From a virus: a DNA stretch of 64,000 nt. The DNA is taken from positions 1 to 64,000 of IMG/VR virus record IMGVR_UViG_3300031463_000001; one strand, 5' to 3'. The notes beneath the pieces are model-generated. The model ran no database searches. It was given only the letters and a program-made list of their open reading frames with translations, and was not told the origin of the DNA. Position numbers and translations under genes: made by a program. This document shows, piece by piece, positions 19,440 to 29,166 of this stretch (the first letter of the stretch is position 1; every line of letters starts with the position of its first letter).

Positions 19440-19666
19440 ATATGATAGATGAGAATAAAATAAATGAGGAATATCTTAAAGATGTATATTTAAAGGCAAG
19501 GATTCCTTTTACAATAAATGTTTATTCTTTTAACGGAAATGAATATATAGAGATAATTGAAAGTTGTTTCAGAGAAGACCATTTTGTAAAGGGAAATAAA
19601 GAGCATTCAGAAAAATTTTTGAAAGATATAGCAAAAATTTTGGGTGTAGAAGTTGAGGTTAAATAG
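19433..19666 (+). CDS. Hypothetical protein
   Basis: ORF overlapping the previous stop; exact start uncertain. Confidence 0.6.
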   Translation: MVDMIDENKINEEYLKDVYLKARIPFTINVYSFNGNEYIEIIESCFREDHFVKGNKEHSEKFLKDIAKILGVEVEVK

Positions 19667-19674
19667 GAGGTATT

Positions 19675-19971
19675 ATGTTTGGTAAAGTAGAAGGTTGGAT
19701 ACTGAATATGTTATTAAAAGCAAAGATAGGAGGAATAATAGGTAAACTTTTCTCCAAAATGACGGGATGGAAAAGTGTTATTACTCTTATCTTAATTATA
19801 GCTATAAAAGTAGTTATTTACTTAGGAGTTGTTCCTGCAAGTTATCTTGGGATAGCTAATGAAATAGTTACAGCACTTTATGGAGCACTTACTATTTCGT
19901 TAGGAGATAAATTCAAAAGATACTATGAAGCTGTAACTAAAGCAATGGATGATGTTATAGAGAAAAAATAA
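19675..19971 (+). CDS. Small membrane protein, holin candidate
   Basis: Two hydrophobic helices (GWKSVITLILIIAIKVVIYLG; IVTALYGALTISLG) and a charged C-terminus. Confidence 0.55.
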   Translation: MFGKVEGWILNMLLKAKIGGIIGKLFSKMTGWKSVITLILIIAIKVVIYLGVVPASYLGIANEIVTALYGALTISLGDKFKRYYEAVTKAMDDVIEKK

Positions 19972-19983
19972 AAAAATATTGAT

Positions 19984-20016
19984 GGGGAGACAATTCAAAA
20001 TATTGTCTCCCCTTTT
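19984..20016 (+). terminator. Intrinsic terminator
   Basis: Stem ggggagacaat/attgtctcccc followed by tttt. Confidence 0.75.
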
Positions 20017-20041
20017 GGATATAATCTATAGGAGGTAAAGA

Positions 20042-20473
20042 ATGATAGAATTAAAAAGTTACATAAAACATATTCCAGGTCATAAAGATTCAAAAGGTGA
20101 TTTAGCTGAATGGGTTGTTGTATCTCATGATACAGGAAAAATTATTTCATCTCACAAAACAAAGGCTGATGCTGAAAAACATTTGAAACAAATACAAATG
20201 TTCAAGCATATGAAATCTGTTATACTTACTTTATTAACTAAAAAAGCAAACAAAGATGAAGATATTAGTATTCAAATTATTGATGTTGAAAAGGATATGT
20301 TTGAAAGATTGATAAATGAAGAATTTTTAGATGAAATGAAGTTAATGAAATTGATAAAAACTAAACCAGAATTATTTAAAGAAATAAGAAAGAAAGTGAC
20401 TCAATATTTGGAAAAGGAGATATCTGAAGAAGAACTTTACAACTATTTGAAGGAAACTGTAGGAAAAAGTTAA
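20042..20473 (+). CDS. Hypothetical protein with a WVVVS..GK..SSH.TK..AEKHLKQI..FKH domain
   Basis: Strong SD; resembles small domains common in large-phage proteins. Confidence 0.65.
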   Translation: MIELKSYIKHIPGHKDSKGDLAEWVVVSHDTGKIISSHKTKADAEKHLKQIQMFKHMKSVILTLLTKKANKDEDISIQIIDVEKDMFERLINEEFLDEMKLMKLIKTKPELFKEIRKKVTQYLEKEISEEELYNYLKETVGKS

Positions 20474-20507
20474 TAAAAAAACCTTGATTTGACTGGAGGA
20501 GGAATAG

Positions 20508-21350
20508 ATGATCATAGTTAAACATGAATTTAGAATAGTAAAGAAAAACCAATTATTTAGCCTATATAATATTTCAGATTTGCATATTGGAAGTATTTCT
20601 TTTACAAAAGAACCCTTAGAAAGGATAGAAAAATGTATTGATAGAGACATAGAAAAAAACATTCAACCTTTGGTAATATTGAATGGAGATGTAATAGATG
20701 ATGATAGACCATCTACTCGATTAAAAAGAAGAGAAATCTTTATTGATCGACGAGAGGCCTACATAGCTGAAGATTTAGAAAAGATGAGGATAATAGAAGA
20801 CGAAACATTACCAAAATTAAACTTTTTTAAAAAAGTAAAAGGGTTGGGTCTTTTGGATGGAGATCATTATAGAGAATTTTCTACAGGAAAAACTTCTACT
20901 GAAATTTTAGCCAATTTTTTAAAAATGCCTTATTTGGGTAATGGCCAAGCTTTAATATTTATTATATTCAAGAAAAATAAAAAAGAAAATTATTTAACTA
21001 TTCATGCTCATCATGGAAAAGGTGGAGCTGTTACAGGTGGAAATGATGTAAATCGATTTATAAATATGTCTGAAATTTGGAGTAATGTAGATATTTTTGT
21101 TAGAGGTCATTCTCATCAACCTTTATGTAAACCAATAGGTAAATATATAGCTTGTCCAGAAACAAGAACTTTTAAAGAAAAAGAGATTTGGTTAATGAAT
21201 GGGGGTTCATCTAGAAAGGGGATGATAGAAGGTTTTACAGACTATGCAGAAAAAGCTTTATATAGATTTCAACCTTTAAGATTTCCACGTGTCCTTCTAA
21301 ATGTAAATAATGATTTATATATAAAAATATTGGAAGGAAGTTTGGTGTAA
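20508..21350 (+). CDS. Calcineurin-like metallophosphoesterase
   Basis: Motifs SDLHIG, NGDVID, GDH, HHG and GHSH. Confidence 0.85.
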   Translation: MIIVKHEFRIVKKNQLFSLYNISDLHIGSISFTKEPLERIEKCIDRDIEKNIQPLVILNGDVIDDDRPSTRLKRREIFIDRREAYIAEDLEKMRIIEDETLPKLNFFKKVKGLGLLDGDHYREFSTGKTSTEILANFLKMPYLGNGQALIFIIFKKNKKENYLTIHAHHGKGGAVTGGNDVNRFINMSEIWSNVDIFVRGHSHQPLCKPIGKYIACPETRTFKEKEIWLMNGGSSRKGMIEGFTDYAEKALYRFQPLRFPRVLLNVNNDLYIKILEGSLV

Positions 21351-21352
21351 TT

Positions 21353-21652
21353 ATGGAAAATTACCGAATTGAATTGCTTGAAGAGAAGGTAAATAAACTA
21401 GAAAAGATAATTCAAGGAAATGGAAGTGATGGATTACAAACTAAGGTTAGTTTATTGGAAAAAAGTTTAAACGAAATAGAAAAAGGAGTAATTAGTATAA
21501 AAACTCTTTTGTGGGGAGAAGAGGGGAATCAAGAGAACAGTTTAATTGTAATAATTAGTAAATTGAATACTAAAATTGATATATATTCAATTCTGGTTGC
21601 TGGAGTAGGAAGTATTATTACTGGGTTGATTGTTTATTTTTTAGAAAAATAA
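21353..21652 (+). CDS. Coiled-coil protein with a C-terminal transmembrane helix (XhlA/holin-like)
   Basis: GNGSDGL..KV..LE coiled coil and terminal hydrophobic helix. Confidence 0.55.
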   Translation: MENYRIELLEEKVNKLEKIIQGNGSDGLQTKVSLLEKSLNEIEKGVISIKTLLWGEEGNQENSLIVIISKLNTKIDIYSILVAGVGSIITGLIVYFLEK

Positions 21653-21667
21653 TTGAAAGGAGGAGAT

Positions 21668-21889
21668 ATGAGACCAGACGAGGAAATAAAAGATGATCAA
21701 ATAAAAAATGATGGAGAAGATAATAAAGAAATGTTAATTAAAATGAAAGAGGAAATACAAACTAAGTATAATTCTCTTTATGAGCAACTTAACCAATTGG
21801 AGAAAAATAAACAAATTGTTGCTTCGGAACTTATTAAGTTAAGTGGTCAGTTGGAGATTTTAGAAAAATTAATCAATAATAATGCATGA
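21668..21889 (+). CDS. Small coiled-coil protein
   Basis: SD aggagg before ATG 21668; heptad pattern. Confidence 0.65.
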   Translation: MRPDEEIKDDQIKNDGEDNKEMLIKMKEEIQTKYNSLYEQLNQLEKNKQIVASELIKLSGQLEILEKLINNNA

Positions 21890-22389
21890 CTAAAGATGAG
21901 TTTATTATAAAAGAAGTTAATACACTTCTTCCCGAAAATTGGGCTTCTTATTCTAATCCTTCCCAATTAATTCAATTTGTTGAACTGGTTCTGGCAGATA
22001 TCAATTTAATGCCTCCTTTAACTGGTGTTTCGTTAAATAGTTTATTAATAGAAGAAAATAATAATGTAAGAGTTACTAATCCTGATGTGTGGGCATTATT
22101 AAAATTTGGAGTAAGTTTCTATTCTCTTCTGTTTCATCAGATGAGAGCCTCACTCCAAGATTTCACTTTTAGTGATCAAGGGTTATCAGTTAATGTTGAC
22201 CAAACTGCCAAGGTGGGTACTGCAATTCAGAATATGGCAGTGGTGTATTTGAGGATGGTGGGGAACTATAAGAAGACTGAATTTGTGAAGATTGGACCAA
22301 GGGGGATAGGAACGCCCCGCTATCAATCTCAACTAAGTCAATTTTTAAAGATAAGTTTAGGAAGCGCGTTCCAGTGGAATAGCCCCTAA
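21886..22389 (+). CDS. Putative head-tail adaptor (neck) protein
   Basis: 167 aa, LADINLMPP.T and DFTFSDQGLSVNVD; position between head/fibre genes and tail genes. Confidence 0.55.
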   Translation: MTKDEFIIKEVNTLLPENWASYSNPSQLIQFVELVLADINLMPPLTGVSLNSLLIEENNNVRVTNPDVWALLKFGVSFYSLLFHQMRASLQDFTFSDQGLSVNVDQTAKVGTAIQNMAVVYLRMVGNYKKTEFVKIGPRGIGTPRYQSQLSQFLKISLGSAFQWNSP

Positions 22390-22480
22390 TTTATATCACT
22401 CCCAAATCAGTAATATTTTGACGTTTATTTACAATTCTATAAGGGTAAAAAAATTCTTTTCTTTTGTGTAATATAATCAT

Positions 22481-23728
22481 ATGATAAAGAAATGCATTGT
22501 ATGTGGAAAAGAATTTAAAGCCGATTACCCTTCTAAAAAGTATTGTTCTTTTGAATGCGTTATCAAAGATCGTAAATCCAAAAGTATTGTAACAAAAAAA
22601 TGTGAATGGTGTGGAAAAGAATTTAGTTCACCTATAGGTGAACATAAACGATTTTGTAGTAATGAATGTATTATGGAATTTGAAAAGAATCACTTTAAAG
22701 GAAAAAATAACCCTGTTTGGAAAGAGAAAATTATATTAAAATGCGAACATTGTGGGAAAGAATTTAGTGCTCGACCTATTGAAATGGAAGAAGGAAAAAA
22801 ATTTTGTTCTCGTAAATGTTATGAGGAATGGCGACAAAAGCAACTTAATTTAGAAATACGAAAATGTAAAAGATGTGGAAAAGAGTTTATGGTACCTCAT
22901 AATTCACCACAACAATTTTGTTCCCTAGATTGCTATAGAAAATGGTTTTCTGAAAATTTGAAAGGAGAAAATCATCCTTCTTTTAATAGAATAAAAAAGA
23001 AATGTTCCATATGTGGAAAAGAGTTTGAGACAATTCCTTCAGAAGATAGAAAGTTTTGTAGTGAAAAATGTAGAACAATCTATTATAAAAGTGAAAATAA
23101 TCCTCTTAGAAAAAGAGAAACTCGAATTTGTAAAGAATGTGGAAAAACGTTTGAAGTTATTCCAAGCAAACCTTTCGAATTTTGTTCAGTGAAATGTGCA
23201 AACAATCATAATAGTAGAAAAAGAATAGGTAAAGATATAGTTAAAAAATTTACATTAGAATGTCCAAATTGTGGTAAAAAGTTTAGGGTAAGTCAAAATG
23301 AAATAGATGAAAATAGAAGATTTTGCTCAGTAAGATGTTATTTAATTTATCACGAAAAAAATCAAAAAACCTCCAACACCTCCATCGAACTCAAGATGAA
23401 AGAGGCACTCGAAAAAAGAGGGATACCTTTCGAACAACAGAAAGAGATACGAGATGGTAGATTTTGCGCTTACCCAGATTTTTTTATAGAAGACCACACC
23501 AATCAAAGTAAAGGGATACTAATTTATTGCGATGGAGATTTTTTTCATGGAAACCTTGAAGTATTCAAAGACAAAAAACTCCCCCACTGGATTATAGAAC
23601 AACGCAACAGGGACCCCAAAATCACCCACAAACTCACCCACTTAGGATATAGAGTATTACGATTTTACGAGAAAGAGATAGAGAATAATGTAGACGAATG
23701 TATTAACAAAATTGTTCAATTAATCTAA
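22481..23728 (+). CDS. Free-standing homing-type endonuclease: seven Zn-finger repeats plus a Vsr/DUF559-like PD-(D/E)xK domain
   Basis: Seven C-x2-CGK.F...(F/Y)CS-x2-C repeats; TSIE...YPDFF...CDGDFFHG...RD...LGYRVLRFYE. Confidence 0.85.
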   Translation: MIKKCIVCGKEFKADYPSKKYCSFECVIKDRKSKSIVTKKCEWCGKEFSSPIGEHKRFCSNECIMEFEKNHFKGKNNPVWKEKIILKCEHCGKEFSARPIEMEEGKKFCSRKCYEEWRQKQLNLEIRKCKRCGKEFMVPHNSPQQFCSLDCYRKWFSENLKGENHPSFNRIKKKCSICGKEFETIPSEDRKFCSEKCRTIYYKSENNPLRKRETRICKECGKTFEVIPSKPFEFCSVKCANNHNSRKRIGKDIVKKFTLECPNCGKKFRVSQNEIDENRRFCSVRCYLIYHEKNQKTSNTSIELKMKEALEKRGIPFEQQKEIRDGRFCAYPDFFIEDHTNQSKGILIYCDGDFFHGNLEVFKDKKLPHWIIEQRNRDPKITHKLTHLGYRVLRFYEKEIENNVDECINKIVQLI

Positions 23729-23730
23729 AA

Positions 23731-23746
23731 TTGTCCAAATTGATTT
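23731..23746 (+). promoter_or_regulatory. Putative late-promoter motif TTGT-N5-TTGATTT
   Basis: ttgt-ccaaa-ttgattt, 5 nt before ATG 23752, no SD. Confidence 0.55.
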
Positions 23747-23751
23747 ATATT

Positions 23752-24276
23752 ATGAATATATCTGATTTATTAAAAGATCCAGAAAAAGCAAAAGAGATTT
23801 TAAATTTGGCTATTAGAACCCAAAATAAAGAATTAGTTGAGATATTAATTCCAATAGCCAAAGATCCTTATCTTACTTGTGTATATGCAATAGAAATGGT
23901 TAAGGGAAAAATTAAAGATGAATGGGAAGATATTATTGCACAAGATGCTAAAAACTCTTATTCATATGCAGAATTTGTTTTAGAAAAACCTTTTCCAAAA
24001 GGAGAGGATGCTATTGCTAAAGATCCGAAATATTCCTATTATTATGTTAGAGATGTTTTAAGGAGTCCTTTTCCAAAAGGAGAAGATGCTATTGCTAAAA
24101 ATCCAGAATATTCTTACAAGTATGCAAAATATTTTTTAAAAAATAGATTCATTAAAGGAGAAAAAGAGATTGTCAAAGATAATTATTTGTTTAAAGAATA
24201 TGTAGAATTTCTTAAAAATATTGGTAAACTAGACGAATTCTTAAAAGATCATCCAGAAGTAAAAGATAAAGTATGA
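23752..24276 (+). CDS. 26-aa helical-repeat family protein (3 KGE units; start moved from 23731)
   Basis: MNISDLLKDPEK start, PFPKGEDAIA repeats, KLDEFLKDHPEVK end. Confidence 0.85.
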   Translation: MNISDLLKDPEKAKEILNLAIRTQNKELVEILIPIAKDPYLTCVYAIEMVKGKIKDEWEDIIAQDAKNSYSYAEFVLEKPFPKGEDAIAKDPKYSYYYVRDVLRSPFPKGEDAIAKNPEYSYKYAKYFLKNRFIKGEKEIVKDNYLFKEYVEFLKNIGKLDEFLKDHPEVKDKV

Positions 24277-24869
24277 ATATAGAAGATTTGTTAAAAGATC
24301 CCGAAAAAGCAAAAGAGGCTTTAGATAATGCCATTAGAACCCAAAATAAAGAATTAGCTGAGATATTAATCCCAATAGTTAAAAATCTTTATTTAATTTA
24401 TAGATATGCTAGAGATATAGTTGGAGGAAAGATTAAAGATGAATGGGAAGACATAATTGCTACCAATCCTAGATATTCGTATCATTATGCTTATGAAGTC
24501 TTAAATGGTCCTTTTCCAAAAGGAGAAAATGCTATAGCCACCGATGCAGAATATTCTTATAGATATGCCCTAAATGTTTTACATGAACCATTTCCAAAAG
24601 GAGAAAATGCAATTGCAACTGATCCTTTTTATTCCTTTTTTTATGCTTGTGAAGTTATAAAGGGTCCATTCCTAAAGGGAGAAGATACTATATCTAAAGA
24701 TGATTATCATTCTTATGAGTATGCCAAATTTATTCTTAATGATAGATTTATTAAAGGAGAAGGAGCTATAATTAAGTATAAAAAATATATTGATTCTTAT
24801 ATAGGTTTTCTTAAAGAAATTGGTAAACTAGACGAATTCTTAAAAGATCACCCAGAGGTTAAATTATGA
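24273..24869 (+). CDS. 26-aa helical-repeat family protein (4 units)
   Basis: Same caps and repeats; ATGA overlap with neighbours. Confidence 0.85.
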   Translation: MNIEDLLKDPEKAKEALDNAIRTQNKELAEILIPIVKNLYLIYRYARDIVGGKIKDEWEDIIATNPRYSYHYAYEVLNGPFPKGENAIATDAEYSYRYALNVLHEPFPKGENAIATDPFYSFFYACEVIKGPFLKGEDTISKDDYHSYEYAKFILNDRFIKGEGAIIKYKKYIDSYIGFLKEIGKLDEFLKDHPEVKL

Positions 24870-25537
24870 ATATATCTGATTTATTAAAAGATCCAGAAAA
24901 AGCAAAAGAGGTTTTAGATTTGGCTATTAGAACCCAAAATAAAGAATTAGCTGAAATGTTAATTCCAATAGTTAAAGATCCTTATTTAATTTATAGATAT
25001 GCAGATCGAATAGCTAAAAGAAAAGTTAAAGACGAATGGGAAGATATTATTGCTCAAGATTCTTATGCTTCTTACGATTATGCTAACTATATTTTAAAAG
25101 GTCCTTTTCCAAAAGGAGAGGATGCTATTTCTCAAAAGCCTTTTACTTCTTACTATTATGTTAAAAATGTCTTACATGGTCCCTTTCCAAAAGGAGAAGA
25201 TGCTATTGCTCAAAATGCTTTTTATTCTTATTCTTATGCTGCAGAGGTTTTAAAGGGTCCATTTCCTAAAGGTGAGGATACCATTGCTAAAGATTCAGAA
25301 TATTCTTATCTTTATGCTGAAAATGTTTTACAAGGACCTTTTCCTAAAGGAGAAGATGTTATTAGTAAAGAGAATTATTATGCTTATCATTATGCTAAAG
25401 TAGTGTTACATAATAGATTTCCAAAAGGAGAAAAAGCAATAATAAATTCAATTTGGTTAGAACCTTATGTTGAGTTTCTTAAAAACATAAACAAATTAGA
25501 TGAATTCCTAAAAGATCATCCAGAAGTAAAAAGATAG
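24866..25537 (+). CDS. 26-aa helical-repeat family protein (5 units)
   Basis: Same caps; 78-bp internal period (for example 25100 and 25178). Confidence 0.85.
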   Translation: MNISDLLKDPEKAKEVLDLAIRTQNKELAEMLIPIVKDPYLIYRYADRIAKRKVKDEWEDIIAQDSYASYDYANYILKGPFPKGEDAISQKPFTSYYYVKNVLHGPFPKGEDAIAQNAFYSYSYAAEVLKGPFPKGEDTIAKDSEYSYLYAENVLQGPFPKGEDVISKENYYAYHYAKVVLHNRFPKGEKAIINSIWLEPYVEFLKNINKLDEFLKDHPEVKR

Positions 25538-25540
25538 AAT

Positions 25541-25996
25541 ATGAATATAACTGATTTATTAAAAGATCCAGAAAAAGCCAAAGAAGTATTGGAAAAGGTA
25601 CTTGATGATAAAAATAAAGAATTAGCTGAAATATTAATCCCAGTAGTTAGAGATCCTTATTTAACTTATGCATATGCTTCCGAAATAGTTGAAGGGAAAA
25701 TTAAAGACGAGTGGGAAGATATTATTATGCAAAATGCAAAGTATTCTTATTTTTATGCATTTGATGTTATAAAGGAACCTTGGCCAAAAGGAGAAGATGC
25801 AATAGCCCAAGCCGATGATGTAGCTATTATATATGATTATGCAACAGAGATATTACATGATCGATTTAAAAAAGGTGAGGATTCAATTATTAGGATTGAT
25901 AAGGGATATGTTGAAGCGTATATGGAATTTTTAAAAAAGATTAGTAAACTAGATGAGTTTTTAAAAGATCATCCGGAGGTAAAGTCCAATTTGTAA
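25541..25996 (+). CDS. 26-aa helical-repeat family protein (2 units)
   Basis: Same caps and repeats. Confidence 0.85.
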   Translation: MNITDLLKDPEKAKEVLEKVLDDKNKELAEILIPVVRDPYLTYAYASEIVEGKIKDEWEDIIMQNAKYSYFYAFDVIKEPWPKGEDAIAQADDVAIIYDYATEILHDRFKKGEDSIIRIDKGYVEAYMEFLKKISKLDEFLKDHPEVKSNL

Positions 25997-26006
25997 ATAT
26001 TGATTT
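25991..26006 (+). promoter_or_regulatory. Putative late-promoter motif TTGT-N5-TTGATTT
   Basis: ttgt-aaata-ttgattt, 5 nt before ATG 26012, at the head of the tail operon. Confidence 0.55.
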
Positions 26007-26011
26007 TAAAT

Positions 26012-26581
26012 ATGAGTGGCTTAGATAGTTCTCAGGTAGTTACTAGGATTAGAAATGCTTTTATTTTACATCTTAGGGATATCTTTAAAAAGCATCCTAC
26101 TTATACGTATGTAGAAAAAGATGAAGGAATGCCTGATTATGAGAAAACTAAATTGATTATTTTTGATGTTACTCCATTAGAACCTTTTATGGTTCCTGCT
26201 ATAATTGTAAATACAGTTCCTTCTAATGAGATTAGATTCGTTCAGAATTCAGACTTTTTTTATAGAGAAAATGAAACTACTGATGTTATGGGAGCTTTGA
26301 TTACTGGGGATGTGAATATAGAAATTTTATCTTTAAGTACCATAGATAGAGATAAACTTGTGGATGTAGTTTATGATTTTTCTAAAAAGTTTACTGAAGA
26401 ATTAGAGAAGTATGGAATTGCTATTATTTCTTCTTCATTTGATCCTTCGAGTCAAACATATATAAATGATAGATGGTGGTATTCAAGTAAAATGAGAATG
26501 AAATTCTTTACTGAGTATACTGATGAAGTAAAGTATGATTTATTAACAAAAATAAATTTTGATTATAAAATAGGAGGTTAA
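26012..26581 (+). CDS. Putative tail completion/terminator protein
   Basis: Directly upstream of the sheath; PAIIV...IEILS....DRDKLVD pattern. Confidence 0.6.
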   Translation: MSGLDSSQVVTRIRNAFILHLRDIFKKHPTYTYVEKDEGMPDYEKTKLIIFDVTPLEPFMVPAIIVNTVPSNEIRFVQNSDFFYRENETTDVMGALITGDVNIEILSLSTIDRDKLVDVVYDFSKKFTEELEKYGIAIISSSFDPSSQTYINDRWWYSSKMRMKFFTEYTDEVKYDLLTKINFDYKIGG

Positions 26582-26583
26582 TT

Positions 26584-28254
26584 ATGCCAAATTTAAAACA
26601 GTTGGGTGTTGAACCTGGAGTATATGTAGAATATTCTCCAACTACTACTCTTCCTTCTGGTTTATTTATAAATGTACTTGCATTAATTGGTAGAGGAGCA
26701 GATACAAAAATAGAGAAAGAAGAAATTGTAAAAGTAGATGGTCCAATAGATAACTTATCTTATACTACCACAGATGCTTCATTTATTACTACTATAAATG
26801 ATCAATTTAGTAACATTTATAAAGTAGGAATGGATTTTGTCGTTAAAGACAATAATAAAATAGATTGGAGTTTGAATGGTTCTCCAATTAAAGCTACTTT
26901 GATTACAAATGTAGATTCAACCTTTAATTGGAGTTCATTAGAAGGAAAAAGTTTAACTTTTAGTATAAATGGAGCTAGTCCAATAACAATTCTTTTTGGG
27001 CAGCCTATAAATGGAATAGATGATGTAATTAGTGCTTTAAATTTTAGTTTAGGAAGTGTTGCTATAGCTAGTTCAGTTACTATTGAAGGAATAGCCCAAA
27101 TTCAAATAGTTGTTAAAGATTTTCATACTTTTAACTATTTTGTATCAACTTCAATTGAAGTATTAAGTGTAGGAGATTCAGATGGATTATCTTTTTTGAA
27201 ATGGTGGAATAAACAAATAGAGTGGGGATCAAAGGAACCAAAAGTAGATAATACTTTCTATGTAAGTTATCCTAGAAAGAAAATTTATCCAGATGATTAT
27301 CAACCAAAATATTTCTTTGCTTATTCTCAAATAGTAGATGAATATGGAGAAATAGATACTGATAATCCTTTAAGTACTTCTTTAAGCCTTGGAGCAAAAA
27401 TTGCATTTGAGAATAATGTTTCAGCTCTTCTTTGTGTTCCTCTAAATCCTAGTTTAAATGATTATGTGGGAATTAAAGAAGCTTTAGAGAAACTTAAAAA
27501 TTATGATTGTTCTTATATTGTTCCACTTACTAATGATAAAAACATATTGACAGATTTAAAAAGTCATGTGGACTTTATGAGTTCTTTAACTGAAAGGAAA
27601 CCTAGAAAAGCAATGTTTGGTTTGCCAGAAATGGATAAAGAAAGTATTATATCATTAGCTCAATCGATAAATGATATGAGAATAACTTTAGTATATCCAT
27701 TTATAGGAAAAAGAACAGAAGGGGGAATAGATATAATTCTTCCAAGTTCTTTTATAGCGTGTGAACTTGCCGCAAAGAGATGTGCTGCTCTTTTGCCTTC
27801 ACAACCTCTTTTAAGGGCTCAATTAGTAAGTTTTATAGATATAAATGATACTTGGACAAGAACAGAAAAGAATATGGTGGCCGGAGCTGGAGTAACAATT
27901 ATAGAAAAAGTTCCAAATATTAATGTTATGCGAGTAAGAGATTGGTTAACTACCTCTCAAAATGGTTTACATTCAAGTGGAGAAATAGTAGATATAATTG
28001 ATTATGTAATGACTAGAGTAATGAATATAACTGAGGGTGCATTTATTGGTAAACCTTTAACAGATGAAATAATTCTTTTAATTTATGCTTTCATTACTAA
28101 TTTCTTAGATGGTTTAATATCTAATGGAATTATAAATAGTTACAACAATTTAGTAGTGAAGAAAAATGATCAAGAACCCACCCAAGTAGATGTTTCATTT
28201 GAGATTAAACCTATATTTACTCTCAAATATATTTATATTAGGTTTACGATTTAA
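26584..28254 (+). CDS. Tail sheath protein
   Basis: N-terminal PGVYVE; C-terminal AGVTIIE...RDWLTT...IIDYV...EPTQVDVSFEIKPIFTLKYIYIRF. Confidence 0.92.
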   Translation: MPNLKQLGVEPGVYVEYSPTTTLPSGLFINVLALIGRGADTKIEKEEIVKVDGPIDNLSYTTTDASFITTINDQFSNIYKVGMDFVVKDNNKIDWSLNGSPIKATLITNVDSTFNWSSLEGKSLTFSINGASPITILFGQPINGIDDVISALNFSLGSVAIASSVTIEGIAQIQIVVKDFHTFNYFVSTSIEVLSVGDSDGLSFLKWWNKQIEWGSKEPKVDNTFYVSYPRKKIYPDDYQPKYFFAYSQIVDEYGEIDTDNPLSTSLSLGAKIAFENNVSALLCVPLNPSLNDYVGIKEALEKLKNYDCSYIVPLTNDKNILTDLKSHVDFMSSLTERKPRKAMFGLPEMDKESIISLAQSINDMRITLVYPFIGKRTEGGIDIILPSSFIACELAAKRCAALLPSQPLLRAQLVSFIDINDTWTRTEKNMVAGAGVTIIEKVPNINVMRVRDWLTTSQNGLHSSGEIVDIIDYVMTRVMNITEGAFIGKPLTDEIILLIYAFITNFLDGLISNGIINSYNNLVVKKNDQEPTQVDVSFEIKPIFTLKYIYIRFTI

Positions 28255-28267
28255 ATAGGAGGTTTTT

Positions 28268-28813
28268 ATGGCAGATTTACCATTAACTAATGCTAGACTA
28301 GCTACTTCAATAAAAATATATTCAATTAAGGATGATTTAGATTTAACTCAAAATCTTTCTAGTATAGCGGGTAATATAGCTTCAGGTAAATATGGGAGTG
28401 CTACACCTATAGGAGCTATAACTAAATTAGAGGAAGTTAATAGTCGTACTGCTCCAGCTCGATATGAAGTTGATGCTGATTCTGCAGGTGAGATAGTTGA
28501 AAGAATACCTCAACTTGTAGATAGAACTTTAAGGATAGAAAGAATAGTTCTTTATAGTGGAGATGCTATAAAAGCTATCGCTAATGTGGATGCTGATTTA
28601 ATAAATCAAACTAAACCTTTCACAATAGCTAAGGTTGAATATAATGTTACTAAAGATGCTAATGGAAATGTAGTAAAAACTCCTCAGGCAGTTACTCTTT
28701 ATTTAGGTTGTTGGTTTACTACAAATCCAAAATCTTATTCTGTAACAGGAAACATACATATAATTCAGACTGTAGATGTAGGATACGCAAAAAGGAGATA
28801 TTTTACAGTATAA
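28268..28813 (+). CDS. Tail tube protein
   Basis: Follows the sheath; IGAI...YE...E.IP...L.IERI.LY and YLGCWFT pattern. Confidence 0.8.
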   Translation: MADLPLTNARLATSIKIYSIKDDLDLTQNLSSIAGNIASGKYGSATPIGAITKLEEVNSRTAPARYEVDADSAGEIVERIPQLVDRTLRIERIVLYSGDAIKAIANVDADLINQTKPFTIAKVEYNVTKDANGNVVKTPQAVTLYLGCWFTTNPKSYSVTGNIHIIQTVDVGYAKRRYFTV

Positions 28814-28839
28814 GTAAGAATAATTAGATAGGAGGAGAA

Positions 28840-29166
28840 ATGATAAAGCAAATAGTAAAAGATGTGAAATTAGGAGAAGATACACTAACCCTCACCTCAT
28901 TGACTTATGGTGATATACTTGATATATCCACTATGTATGAGAAATTGAGTAAAGAGGATGGAGATGCAAATATTAAAGCAATGAAGCAAAACCTAATAAG
29001 TTTAGTGTATCATTTAAAGAAAATAAATGGACAACCTATTAATAGCTCGGAAGCTGAAAAGTATTTGAGAGATTTATCTCCAGAAGATGTATTAGATTTA
29101 CTTAAAATAGTTGCAGATATAGAGAATGAAAAAACTAAAATAATTGATGAGTTAAAAAAAAAATAG
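28840..29166 (+). CDS. Tail assembly chaperone (gpG-like)
   Basis: Between tube and tape measure; ends in the slippery TTA AAA AAA AAA TAG. Confidence 0.75.
   Translation: MIKQIVKDVKLGEDTLTLTSLTYGDILDISTMYEKLSKEDGDANIKAMKQNLISLVYHLKKINGQPINSSEAEKYLRDLSPEDVLDLLKIVADIENEKTKIIDELKKK
29154..29163 (+). other. -1 ribosomal frameshift site (A10)
   Basis: The -1 frame continues IDNDLPFRDDYLLCKFF without a stop into ORF 29199-29495. Confidence 0.75.

Noticed and set aside
22418-22443. Sigma70 promoter TTGACG...TATAAG upstream of the endonuclease
   Set aside because: The spacer is only 14 nt and the region is AT-rich, so support is insufficient.
23752-25996. CRISPR-like periodicity (ccttttccaaaaggaga about every 78 bp)
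   Set aside because: The repeats are degenerate, in frame and coding; the intervening sequence is also homologous; no cas genes are present.
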